The translations under genes and the position numbers were made by a program. Below, piece by piece: positions 23,656 through 38,100 of a stretch of DNA of 64,000 nucleotides. The stretch lies in contig NOWV01000003.1 of the NCBI GenBank assembly GCA_003344405.1, positions 1,364,001-1,428,000 on the forward strand, written 5' to 3'. Origin of the DNA: Trichoplax sp. H2 (Eukaryota). How positions within the stretch are numbered: position 1 is the first letter of the stretch; every line of letters starts with the position of its first letter. The notes beneath the pieces were generated by a model that was not told the DNA's origin, did not search any database, and saw only the letters and a program-made list of their open reading frames with translations.

Positions 23656-26192
23656 ATTACTATATCGTAATGTTGCATAACGAGGATTAGTTGCCGACCG
23701 CTGTAAATGACGTTGCAAGGAAATACTTTCCAATAAGATAAACGTTCTCGTTACTTTTCCTAACGTTAAGTGATTCTTATTAATTATTGTAGACATTAAT
23801 TATTTTAAGCAATTACAAACGAATTAATCTCCGTAATAGATTTCAATTCTGCAATTCAGTTACAAGATAGACCTCGTAACTTGTTACGTAGTACTTTTTG
23901 AAAAAGAAATTTAGAAACCTGTTTATACCAATTTAAATTTAATTTTAATTTTCTATAATTTGTATACTACTCCTTAGTATTCCATCAACAGTACAGTAGG
24001 TGAATCAATGCGCGACTTATATAATGTGGTCAATATAGTTTTTTTAAATTTCATAAACAGTATTATACCGATAGCAACTTAATAGCAACCCTAATATGAA
24101 CAAATATCCGGTAAATGAAAATGATCGTATAGTACATTTTAACTATCTTAATCTTCATTGGATGCTTTTAATTGTATTCATGTACAGTATTTCATTTTGT
24201 TATTGGTAAGGTGGCGAGTTATTAATTTGTTTACATGATGATAACCAATATTTTTATCATATATTGTATAATGCACCTAAATAACAAGTTCTCACTAAAG
24301 TTGGCGCTAAAGTGCTTTGGCGAGGATTTCTTTTGTTTACTGATATTACAGAATATTTTACATAGACCTTCTTAGTTATTTTATTTTGTTTAATAGTTAG
24401 TGAATCTAATAGAAAGTCTAGTTACTAACCCTATGAGTTTACGCTTAAATGTGTTACTTGTTTTCAGACAATACTATGAAGATTTTGTAAAATTTTTTTC
24501 CTCTAGTAAACTGCTACCGTATGTCATTGACCAAAGTATGCACATTGTACCACCTTTACACTTAGATCATCGTCTTGATTAATATGATAGCTCAAAATTT
24601 TATTAAAGTTGTCAGTGTTTTTATGAAAGTGATCGTAAAGTCAAGAATATTGAAAATTTCATTTCATTTGATACTTATTTGCGATTGTACATTAACGAAA
24701 TATTTAGGATGTCATAAATAACGGAAAAGCATCATTTACAAGTCGTTATTATCATTATGCGAAAGAGCTTGTTGAAATAAATAATTGTTACAGTCTAATA
24801 TTAATTTACTTGAAAATAGTTCTTATGTATATGCCGTATATGAAAGAAAGAGGGAGATACAAATTACACTTGTACCATAAAGACATGCCAAAATGATTAT
24901 AACACACGTACATCATATTCAATCACTCAACATAAAATATGAATACGATATAAAGTATAGATTAAGACATACTATAATAGTTTACAACTTTTACGTATTG
25001 TCGGCGATCTCGCAGTATTTATACACATAAATATTAATGTAAATATCAAACATATAAGATGCAACAACTATGGTCTCAAAAGACTAACAATTCTGTATAT
25101 AACATACTTAAAATCGATCTTATACAAGCAACAATAATACTATTTGACAGCTACTTTGCATCACTGGTTAAATTGTATATAATATTACATATAAGCCCAT
25201 ATAGCAAATATGACTTCGTCTTTTTATATTTTGCATACAATATACAGTACGTACAACTAACTGTACAGCAATTTTGAATTGAAAAAGCATTCCTAAATTA
25301 TCAATCGACTATATCAAATATTTGACTATCACTCAAACGTGCTGTAACTATCGGTACCATAGAACATACTACCATAATAATTATGAATACGACATTTACA
25401 TTTACTGTATCATGTAAAAATTCAAGATATTTTCAGAATAATAAATCTTAAGAATTACAGCCATTGATTAATAACTTAAAATAAATAAATTTGATACGAG
25501 TGAAGCGATGCGTTCAATATTGAATTAAGAATTAAATAAGCTGAGTAAGAAATGAAACAGCTTATTATTACTGTCAAATCCAAGTTAATTCTTACAAATA
25601 GAACGTAGGGGTTATTGTACCTTCACTGATATAAAGTTTTCACTGTAGATTTTATACGTGTAAGTCATGATCCAGCCATAATTAAATCATGTTAAATATT
25701 AGATGATACGATGTCAGGCCTTGAAGGCAGTCCATACATAATTTTGTCATACAATTTTTAATTGGATGTAAACTATTTTCCGTGCTAAAAAAGAGAAATT
25801 ACTTTGTAGTAGGTCAGAATAAATTTCATCACATCTTTAACATTAACCGAACAGTTACGATGTTTTTCAAATTTCATAATTTATAACAAATTATCTGTTT
25901 TAAAAACTTTTTCTGCTTTAATTTAAATTCTATAAATATTCATAAAAGACTTTTTTTGGTTACCACGAATGGAACCTTACAGTAATGTCCATGTAAACTT
26001 AAGTTCATCTCAAGTAGGAGTAACCAAATTTCAATAGCATATTATGCACAATAAACAAGGATAGCTTGAAATTTCGTTTGTAACGAATGAAACGTAACAA
26101 TAATTTTGCTTAAATTAATAGACTTGGCATACAATGTAGTCTTACTTTAATTAGCAATATTGAGCGTGATATTAGCTGGTACTTTCTGACGG

Positions 26193-29100
26193 TCAAACAC
26201 TTTTGTGTTTCTTTTGGTCAACTATGTAATGTGTATAATCTCTTATTAAGAGAGCAATTTGAACCGCTTCATTGGTATTAAAGACGAATTTTCTACCGTT
26301 AGTTAAACTTCCGGCTATAAGCATAAGACTAGTCAGTGATGGCTTGTAACTCACTAGCTCACTGTAACTAAAACTAAATCGAGGCTCTTTAGCCCTTCTA
26401 ATTAGAACATACACACCACTGTGTGATACCGCTAGCCATAAGGTCTTTGGCAACTCCGAAGTGTACGTTTGCGTTACATCGAACACGGTGGATCCATATA
26501 AACTCCATGTAGTTTTAACAAACTCCATGTACAATTTGAATATTGAATCACGATCTTTGTCAACAAGTGTACGATGCAATCGCTTAACATCAATAAATTT
26601 AATTTTATGATGCAGATATCGAGGAAGACTTCGTCTGACGATAGGACCATAATCAGCGGTCACTTCAATTTCTGGACCAACCCAAGACGGTCTCATATTC
26701 TCATCTAGATCATCTTCGCAGTCGCCTAACTCAGCCTGTGCACGTAATGCACATAGAAAAACCTAAAAAATTTTACAGTTTTAAAATATCTCTTTCACTA
26801 GCAATTTCGACATGATAACAATAGCATGAAGATTTCACGAAGTTAAAAATCATTAAGAATATTTAGGATGTAAGTTTCTTACAACATAAGTATTTATTTT
26901 ACTCTAAAAAAAATCCTACCGCTTCCTCGTAATACAGAGGATATTTGTCGTTAATGATATCGCTTGAAGCCTAATAAATTGTTATGAATGTTAGTTTCAT
27001 ACAGGTTGTTCATTAATTAATCTATCAATAATTTAATTTATCATAAAGATTACATTTGTAGTTAGCGTGGCTACATACCTGATGTATTAAGAGATCAAAT
27101 TCAACACGATCTTCAGGATCATAGAATGTACCATTACCAACGTATAACCGTTTCTGCATCACAATAAAATGTTAAGTTGGAGCTTACACAAGGATAAAAG
27201 ATGTTAATTGTTAGATTTAATTGAATTTACTACCTTAAATGTTAATTTTACTTCTGTCGTATCATTTTCCACACGTGAGTACAGGTCCCATTTTGATAGG
27301 ACATCGGCAACTTTTTCACTATCGTTGATACTTCTCTCAAGACTATTCCGACATTCGTATAGAGAGAAGCCAAAGGCTGATGGCAGTAGACCAATTCTCC
27401 TTTTTATTAATTCGGTAATCTGACAAAAAAAGAATCAATATCAGCTAGAATAGACAATACAATATAAAGACAACTAGCAGATCATTTGAACATAACTTGG
27501 CGTACCGATTTATATTCGTGTAATCTAACATCATAAGTAAAAATATGCTTTAAATCCATACTTACTTCATCTATTGTTGTAACAGAATCAAATTCCAATG
27601 CTCTAAATTCACCGTCCATAAAGTAAAATCGTGCATGCATTGGCCGTCTAAGGATCAACATCAAACATAACATTTCAATTACAACGAAAAGATCGTAAGT
27701 AAAGCCTGTCAGCAATGCATCAAAAAATTTAGCTTACCTTCGGATCAGGCACTTAATTTCTTTAATCGATGGCGCAAATTTACGATTCTTTTTCTCTCTA
27801 ACACGTGCTAGTCCCTACAATGTGATTTATATAGCATTGCGATGACTTTACTGAAGCCGTACAGTAAATAAAATCCAACGTATTTTACCTTCAAGCAAAA
27901 TTGCGCATATTTTCCCTGGTCCGTATTGGCTTCCAGCATATATTTATTAAGATGTGCCGATAGCAAATCTAAAATTAACTATTTGTAATTATAATATGAG
28001 AAATTAATACATTTAAGGTAAAGATCAAGGATAACACTAAAGTAACACTTATTAAATCATTGCTAGAAAATATATGGTTTAGCATAAGCGAAATGATGAA
28101 TCGAAGTTCAAGGATGGAATTTAAAGGTCTACAAAAATTTTGAACTAATCAAAGTTGCGTGCAAACATCATATCGTACTTTGTTAGATGAAAGTGCTGTC
28201 CAAACAGCTGCCGATAGAAGTTGCCAATTCCGTGTGTTAACGCGACTAGTAGGATCTAATAGTACGAAGCAAGTTAATAACGTCGATAACCAAGATGTGA
28301 CTAATATCAAGTGCTGAAAATAATTTCCGTAGATATTACAAAGTTAGTTGGCTGTTTTACCTGGATGATCTGTAGTTTGTTTAATGATTTGCAAATAAAA
28401 TTCATTACATAATTCGTTATCGGCTATAATAGCATTTAAAAGTTGCTGAGCTAGCAACTCGTGCTCATTTTCTCTAGCCTGAAGTTGAATACGATTTGAA
28501 CCGTTTTCGTTGTTACTATCGGGCGTTAATCGTCCTGCTTCTATTAGACTCGAACGTCTACTAGCATGTCCTGGATTTCCAAATGCCAAAATCTCGCTAA
28601 ACATTTCTAAAGCTATTTCATCACGTGCTATATTGTAGTACATTGCAAATAAAAAGAATAAAATTTAATGTTATTTTATTAAAGGTTTAGCGAAACTAGC
28701 CTGGATTTACTCTCATTTCGTGAAATCAATTCATATTACATTCTTAGTATACTGTATCCTAATCTAAATTGTTAGATGATGGTCAAAACCCGCGCGCTGA
28801 AGTAACCTCCTGCATATACTTCAGCTACTACCCTATACACTAAGTATCATACTTTATGCTTATTACTAGTTTCCTTAAAATTATAGAAAAAAAGGCGAAG
28901 AGACCATTCGTTAACGAGCTTTTTCTGAGTTGTCGAATTATCATATAGGTAAACAATAATTCTATCTACATCATGGTATGTGGCACTTACGAACATCCCC
29001 TATGTTTCCTTTAGCGTTGCTCAGTTTCGTTAATGAATTTTTAATCGGAATTTTTGAAAAGGTCCAAAACGATGATTTAAAGAGTTTTTCATCAGGAATA

Positions 29101-32100
29101 CCATAATGCTTATCAAATTTTCTTGCAAAACTATGCAATGCAACGATAATATTTTCAGAATAAGAGATAACATCAGTATCGATATTACAATATTCTGTCT
29201 TAACACAAATTTTTTTACACCAGTTGTAAGATACTGAAAGCACTATTAATATTTGTAATTACTTCACGTTATATAAACAAAGAATATTAATTTAAATAAG
29301 TATTCATTACTTTCTTTGGTAAGTGCTACATTTTAAATTATAGTTTGAATAGGCTAAAGGATTTCTCCAGATTTGTACGTTAACAAATTTCTCAGTAAAG
29401 TACTACAATTACCGCGTTATAGAGCCGGCAACCAGTCCAGGTTTATCGTAAAATTTTCTTAATAGTCCACTATTAGCTAGAGCACGTCTTGATGAAATTA
29501 TTGCTTCATTTGATTTAACTCTACTTTCTTTATTAACATGACCCTATTACAGACAAAAACAAAAATTCTATTACTTTACGTTATTTATAATCCTGCTACC
29601 CATGAACTAAACTGCTTTGTTTTCCATAAGATTTTAGCAATCATGAAACATGTAAATAGAACGTAAAACCAAGTTTTTCAGCTATTCTCATTCGCTGGTA
29701 TCAAACTTTCACAGCGTTTTTACTGAATATCTACAATGCCCAATTTTTTATATTACATGTAACTTTATATTCAGTTACAGTAATTTATGAATATTTAGTT
29801 GTCTCTTCTCAGTGAAACAAACCTTTATCAACTTCTGACCCCCTTGAACATGTAGCCAGTTGTTATGTGTAGGAGAATAGCTAACGATTAAACTCGCGAT
29901 ACAGTCCTTATGATTTGTTTCAAACATAAAACACCGATGATCGTTTTCCTGGGTGATAACATTTAAGGTCAGTACACTATGTTCGAAATCTATGCCAATA
30001 TGATCTAATGCAGAGTATGGGTACGAAGCTAATATTTCTTTTTTGTGATAGTTCACGAATTTGAAACCGATGTGGTCCACGGCCAAATAAATATGATTAG
30101 GGTACATCCAGAATCCCTTATAGGTAACTTCGAATAGGGTCGCTCCGTAAAGTTGATACTGTTTAATGCAAGTTAAATAAATAACTTTTGCTTGTATTTC
30201 TGATAATCCATAACCATAATCCTAAATTGTAGAAATTATTACGTCAATCGGCGATATGGTGACGCAACCACATAAACAACTAATGCGAGTACAGTAAGTA
30301 CACTATTTTTAAATCAGAGAATTGATTACATAGGAACGATTAACTTTTTATGTGAAATAGTACTCAGATTCTAACCTTATGCGCTTGTGCTATTGCTTTA
30401 GAGATATCCTCCATACGTTGAGCATTGCTGTTTTCTATTATTCTCGAACTTAGGAAATCGAAAGGTTGAGTATACCTGTCACGATCAAAATATAAATAAG
30501 GGTATTTTCATACTGGCGATAAAGAGCATTTGATGTTGTTAACAACGAATAACCACAAGAGGCAGCTCAGATGATAATCAATTCAATTACCATAGTCGCC
30601 GCTTATATTAACATTATCACTAAGCATCATGCAGCTTCTTTATCCGAATGTTAATAACGGGATACATCAATACAACATAGATACTACTAGCAATTAAATT
30701 TATCTCCCTGCAGATGGATAATCATGTTCTATTATCAACTTTGGAGATAATACCTGTCCTTTCTAGATGATACGTAGTCTCCATAACAGACTTGAGCTTG
30801 CAGGCCAGCTAATTGAAAGGCTACTTTATTAGTGATTGGAAATTTATCCTCCTAGGATTGATACCGCAAATGTAGAATTAATTCGTATGTATAAATAGCG
30901 ATATTCGTTAACAAGCCTAGACGCAGAAAATCAATACTAGTAATTCACAGTAATAACATAAAGTTAAGATGCTAACCTTTATAATGTCATGCACAGCTTG
31001 AGCATATATTAAATGATGTTCAACCAGGTCTTGTGGTAATGCTTTAGGATTTAGAAATATTCTTTTTCTTAGAATAAATCGAGCGTCTCCAGCGCCTAAT
31101 ACTTCCACTGGTCTCTCTTTCGTCTGTGTATTATAGTTCCTCATGATAGCTGACGTACGATTATCTCTGTAATATTTAACGATATCTTAAAGTTAATTTA
31201 CGTAGAATGATAAGCTAAAAATACCGTAGGATGCATGATATCTCTTCTAATAAAAATTACATCCATGAATGATAAAGAAATGATAAGTAATAGAGATATA
31301 GTTTCCCCAGTTACTATGCTATTGCAATGTAAAGACTAAAAAATAAGATTAACACAAATATCTACGTAACAAACTTACATTTCCCATTGAGCTAGTACAT
31401 CAACCAGAAATTCATGTCCTCTGATGTAGCTATCAGCGTCAGGCGTGGACTAATAAAGAAGGTAAAATTTTTAAGTGATAACTTATTAGAATGGACAGTT
31501 CTCCGCTATAGTACATACTAAATGATGAGAAGATAGGATTTCTTTAATAATAACACTTAGCATCTTTATGGTTAATTCTGTTTTCTAGCGTAGTTAGCTC
31601 ACCTCGTACAAAGCCCAACCGTCATAATTCTGTAATCCTATGGCTTTGGCTAACAACTTAGTGACATCGGAGGCTGTATGATACAGTTCATACTCAATGA
31701 CTACAGATTTGCAGTCCATTAAGTAAAATTGACACATTAATGGACTAAGCGATTGCACAGCCTAGATTAAATAGAGAAGAACGTTTACAATAATTTACTA
31801 CATAGTAAAACCTCTTATAAGATACTATATACCCGAAATTCAATCTTCGATGGAGAATGCCGACGAGCACCAATTTTAGTTTGGCGAAGTACATCCTTGC
31901 ACCATGAAGCATAGTGACCAATAAAGACGTTATCCATACTCGATTTTAAATATTGGACCAAATACTGTTAACAGTTCAAAATGCATTGAATGTTACGATA
32001 TTATGTATATTATATAAATAGCACAATTGAGCGAATGCATTATTTCGTTTCTGATAAATTTGTGTCTCAAAAGCTTATAATTCAACAAAATTGATGATCT

Positions 32101-35100
32101 GCAGGGACACATACATACCTTACTAAACAATTTGCTAGGCGGAAATGCTACTGCACATAAAGCCATAAGACACCAGCCTTTTAAACTAGAACCAGATTTA
32201 GGATTTTCTGTTCCTTGCCTGATAATCTGTACATAGATCTCATCTCTAAGTTCGCTATTATTGATACCATGGCCAACAATGCGTTGTACTACTTCACAAG
32301 AGTGTTCTTCAGACGTTTCAGGGTGCAAGTATACATTTAAATCCTTTGAAAGAATTCATTGTCAAAGATGGTTAGTAATAATTAAAACCAGTAAGTCTTA
32401 GAAAGATCATCCATCTAATTACGTGGTTACTTAAGATATTTTAAAAAGCGCACTTTGATCCCTTCGATAGTGTCCTACAGTCATCACATACCTTAAAAAT
32501 TGAACATGCTAATCTTTCACTTTCTCTATCGTGGATATGAATATGAGACATATGAATAGTATTTGATGATGTATACTTTAGTAATTCTTCACGCGATGTT
32601 GTCTATTGGATAAATCAATGTTTAAATTTGATGCATAAATATTTTTTTAAATAAGAGACCACCAATGTTTAAATAATCATGTAATTTAAAAATTTTTAAA
32701 AATTTGTTAGATTCTACGCATAAAGATCAAGCATTGAATATATTCTGTCATCTATAGAGGATAAAGAACTACTCTTATTACTAACACCACTCCTCTTTAA
32801 TGTTTTCTTTCCCGAGGCTTTGTGGTTGCTATCTTTATTATGATCATTAAAGTATAATCTTGCGAATTCAACAAGACTGTAATCTCCTTCATTCGTAGCT
32901 GGATTATTATGTGCAGATCCAGGTGGGAATCTATGATTTGGCTGAGATTTAGTCTTTCGTTCCAGTTTATCAACAGCTTTCTTAATACGATTTCTTCGCT
33001 GCTCTGATATCGATCCTGTAGCTTTCGGTAACACCTAAAGATACAATAAAAATTGTTCAGTTTCCTTTACTTTATTTCACGATAGCGATATAAATGCATA
33101 TTAAAACTGCTAATCATTTCTTTAAGCTACAATAATTAAGAACCTTTAGGACTTCAAAAGCCAAAACTAAAAACTAAAAAATAATAAAACATAAAAATGT
33201 ACGAACTTCTTCTTTGGTATCTTGATTAAAAATAACATCCATTTCTTTGTAAATTTGAACTAATTTCTCTTGCATATCACGACGTGCTTTAATTTTGTGA
33301 TGATAGTAATTGTTTTGGCCTTTTATAAACTTAATCAGATCTTCCAATGATGTTTTGCCATTAGGTTTGCAATTTAATTCTGCCATTCTTATCAAAGTAT
33401 ACAACTCCCGTTGTGCACGCCTATCGAGGATATCAGTAAAGAAAGAAATACGAATATTTTTAAGCGTTCTATAGGTTCAAAAAATTCTGATTGCTAGATT
33501 TATTTTACTGAAGTATAATATGGTAAAGAATTTTGATTGCTAGTACGAAAGGAAAAAATTAACTTTAACTTTCTAGTAGCGGTCACAAAGGGGTTTGCAG
33601 GACCTTTCAGTAATAGCTTCATGATCCTCTTCTTTCTCTGGCTTGACAATGATCTGTTTCATCAAGTCTGTGGAATCTTCATCTAGTTGTTTTCTTTTCT
33701 TTTCTTCCTCTGCTTGCTGTCTCCTGTACCTGATTTCCTTTGCCAGTTCCCGAGCAAACGCTCCTCTCCAGTAAGACTTTATAATTACATAACATTAATA
33801 TTTAAATAGTTTATATGAACAGAGCAAGTTAAGATAAAGTTCAAAGAATTTACGGACCAGCATATTGGATAATTTCTTATATAGTCTATTCAGAAAATGA
33901 AATACCTGAATAACTATAGCTGCTTTCTTCTTTTTTAGAAATGCTATTCTATCTTTTCTTCCTTTAAGGTGCTTTTGCAGCATAACAGCAGCTTGTCTTT
34001 TCTTCAAGTAACCTGTTGACGTGTAGTAGATACCCACAAATTAACTATCAAGTAGTCTTAATTTAATATATTTGCATATCTCTTTGTTCAATTGTGATAA
34101 GCTTACGCTTCCAGTGGTACATCCCGCGGCAAAGTCTTTGTACAGTCACTACTTTTTCCATGAATAACGCTTTACGGCTATCTTCTAATGAATCAAAAGC
34201 AGATTGTCGTAGGAATATCTAACAGACGTAAAGAAGAAATGAATTTATGGTTAATATTGCACAAATAGATATTCGAAATAATTTAAGGTATGTAGCGTAT
34301 TTAGTTCATCAAATGTCTGTACCTTCGTTCTACCACACAACCAATCTGACTTATCCACTGGTAACAAATCCAGTAATGCAACACAAGCTGCTTTTAAATC
34401 TGATGAAGGTGTATTCGACTCTTTGGTAGAAACCAAACAACGAAACTGTTCTAAGAAATTCTTAAATTCAAAATATATTGGATAACCCTATAAGAAGGAA
34501 ATGAACAACGGTCAAGAATAAAAATAGCTGATGTCAAGTACTCACTACATTATAAAAATAGCTGACTCACTACATTGTGCATACATTATACCGCTACTTT
34601 AAAAATGCATAAATCATTTCACAATGACAGTTGCTGAATAACGAAAGCTAATGTAGTAGATAGTATAGTAGAGTGCCAAATATCAAAATACGATCCCTTA
34701 CGCCAAAAGAAGTTGCTACTAAGCGATTGGTAAAGATATAAATCATGTTTGTACCTGCTTCTTAAATAAAATTATACTGATTAGGTCTGAGTATCGTAAT
34801 TGCTCTGTTACAAGTGCCTCATCGTAAGTTTCCGGGTTTAATGACAAATTGGGCTTTAAGCATCTGATATACCTATAGTTAATAGACAATAATTACACAC
34901 AGTTACCGTACATTCTCTCATACTCGACAATGAGGTTCCTCCAAACTATAATAGTTGATAATAACTTTAAACAAATTATATATTTTGTAATGATTTAGAA
35001 CTAGCTTACCATCGATTACAGCTATTGATGTCTAAAAACAGTTCATCGATTTTGTTTCGTAGTATACTGATATATGATCGCTTGAGCTTTATTATAAAAT

Positions 35101-38100
35101 CAACGGCATTTGCAATATTAGCTGATAACTGGCTCAATTTTTCGACTAAACAGTAATAATAATAACAGTATGGTAAAACAGGAAACTTACCTTGTCATTG
35201 GATTTCTTTTCGACTTGGTTAGAGTCTTGGGAGACATCTCCGTTTGTACGGGAATTAGCACTTATTTCCATGGCACTCTTGTTGATTCTATTATTGCCAT
35301 AAGATATTTTCCATAACTTTTGAGTACTAGGATGATTATACCACATGTTTCTTCTTTTGGATAATTTCGTTTTGTTACTTTCTGGTTGGATATATTCCTC
35401 TTTCTCGCTTTTATCATCTCTACAATCGTCTGTAGACGTCTTGTCATCACTAAAGCCAGTTGTATCATCAGTTTTTGACGAATGTTCGCTAGTTCTGGAG
35501 CTGATGTCATCCAATTCGCCTCTGTTTATTTTAGGACTTCCGATGCTCTGAAATTAGGATCATTTTATTTAAGAATAGACATAAAGTATAAAGCAAATAG
35601 AACTTCTATTTCCTAAAATAGCAATTTAGTAGTTAATTCTATATTTCTGTATGCAAAATTTTACAATATTTGCCGCCTACCGTTCCGTTAAGTTGTCCTG
35701 TTAAATTATCAACCTTTTCCCCTACCTGAAAATAATTTTATATTAATAATCTACAATAGACATAGTCAATCATGAAAATGCATAGGCAAGGATATATTAT
35801 AGAAAACTAAATTGTTTTACCTCAGAAATACCAAACTCTTGAAGTAAAGGCTGTGTCGAGTCTCTCATAGTATCAAAGAGTATCTGATTTTGCAATAATT
35901 TATTACTCTGTAAAAATGAGTCAACACTATAAAGTACGCGGCCGTTATAATGTTCTATTCCAAATTTTTGCTTCCAATAACGCCTGTCCTTATTTTTGAC
36001 GTAATATTTGTTCTTTTCTAGAGCTTTATGCTGCTTCAACACATAAGATGTATTCGGCTCCTAATACAGAACATTTTTGAATTAATGCTATACCTACAGA
36101 TACTATGCACAACTTGGCTACGAGATCTCTAGGGCACCTTGACACACAGCTACGCTGACTTAATCAACGCTAAGCTTGCAACTAGCAAATAGGAGCATAC
36201 AGAAGGGAGATTTACTTACTTTAGCCCATCTTCTGTAAACAGTTTCCACATGTAGCGTAGATATGATCGAATTTTCTTCCTAGTTTATTTTCATACAATG
36301 TATAATCCAAATAAGTGCATTTGTAACATAGCCGATGCTATCAATTCATAAGGTTTCGCTAAGATTTTCTAGAGAAATCCATTATCTGACGTACCGTTGA
36401 TTCTATCATTGATAAGCAGGCAATGTTATTGTAAACGTTAGGGACGCAAGCATCAACTTCTTCATTCGCATACTAAACCAAAAATTAGAAATGAAAGCCT
36501 TTTCAGATTAGTTATATTTATAACGACGTCTAATCATGTAAAGATTTATCGGTGAAAATATTAACTTTTACTGTATTTACGTTTAAACTTCATGCTTCTA
36601 TTGAAAAAGGCGATAAATGAAATAGATGCCAGAATTAACTCTATGGTATATAACTTACCGCCTGCTGCGCATTGATGAATGTGTCGTTGATGATATAATT
36701 GTGCAGTTTTTCATTGATATAATTAGTACAAAGCTGTTGGAAAGTATTTTTCTGTAGAGAAGGCATAAATGTAACATAATTGCTTTCACAATAGCGTAAA
36801 AAATTTTAAAAGATAATCCATGCAAAACTTAATAGAACCTACATCTGCTGCCTCAAATCCACTGATATCTAGAATTCCTATATATAATGATGAAGCTGAA
36901 GGGGGTGCCAGTACAGCATTAACTTTATCGATTACCCAGTTAAAGATCTTTTCATATAATAACTTCGCTAAAAGACGACAATTGGATTTAGCCTGGTGAA
37001 ACACAGATAGCGTAAATAAAAAATCGTTAGTTTAGATGTGTTAGTTTAGATGTGGTTAACCGTTACATTACTTCTAACATAAATATTACGAAATCATATG
37101 CTTTATCGACATTGGCATTGAATCGATGTTAATACCTCTTCTATTGTCAATGGGTAATCAGTTAGTACACCCCTAATACGTAATTGCTTTATTGTTATCA
37201 ATTTAGCAACGGCCTCTTGAGAAATCCCTAGCAGGTGCGCTATCTTTTCAATTAAATCTAAATCTTGGTAAGTTAAGCGACATGCTTCACCGTTGACATC
37301 CTCGAATTCAAAATTAGTCATTGATAATATTGCAGAGAGGATTCGAAAAATGCAGTCAACGGTTTCTGGTGAAATCGAGAGTAAGTTCATAGCTAATCGT
37401 AGCTTTGAAAATTTTTGATTTTCGTCATCTCCAACTTCGACTTGTTCTTGATCGCAAAGTAGATTGTAGTTGAATTGAGTATCGATATTATATAGTTTCT
37501 TAACGTCAGTATTTAATGTACTTGCTCCCAGTAAGTAGTAGAATATATTAAAATTTCTTTCTCCAATAGGTTGATGCACCAATCGATTAGTTTCTAACTG
37601 AAACGTATCAAACTTGCATCCACATATAAATGTTTTATCATTGTAGTACAATCGCATATAGGTGCTTCGGCGACTAGCATTTGGTGATAAAGAAGTTTTT
37701 GCATTTCCTAAAATTGAAAACAACTTGTTGGATTGTCTGATTTACTTGAGTTTCTTAATTTTCAAATATCAATAGTTCAAAACACGTGCAGGTAAACAAC
37801 AATTTCTAGCCCAAGCAATGCATGAGGTTCATCTATATTATAATTATGCGCGCATAATCTAGTTCCAAACATATTATATTGTACGTTATGAAACTCCTTA
37901 TAGAAGAAATGTAGACTACTACAGCAACTATTTATACTGTCTTCAAAAAGGCATACGTGCAAATTTAATCACAGATGTTACAGTCGTTGCAAGACTAAAT
38001 CTTTATACGCTATATAGCGATATATAAGAATCTTTCCGCAAATAACAGTGCAATAATTGTAATGTTGTATCGTAATCACTTCAGTGTATATGTATACGAG

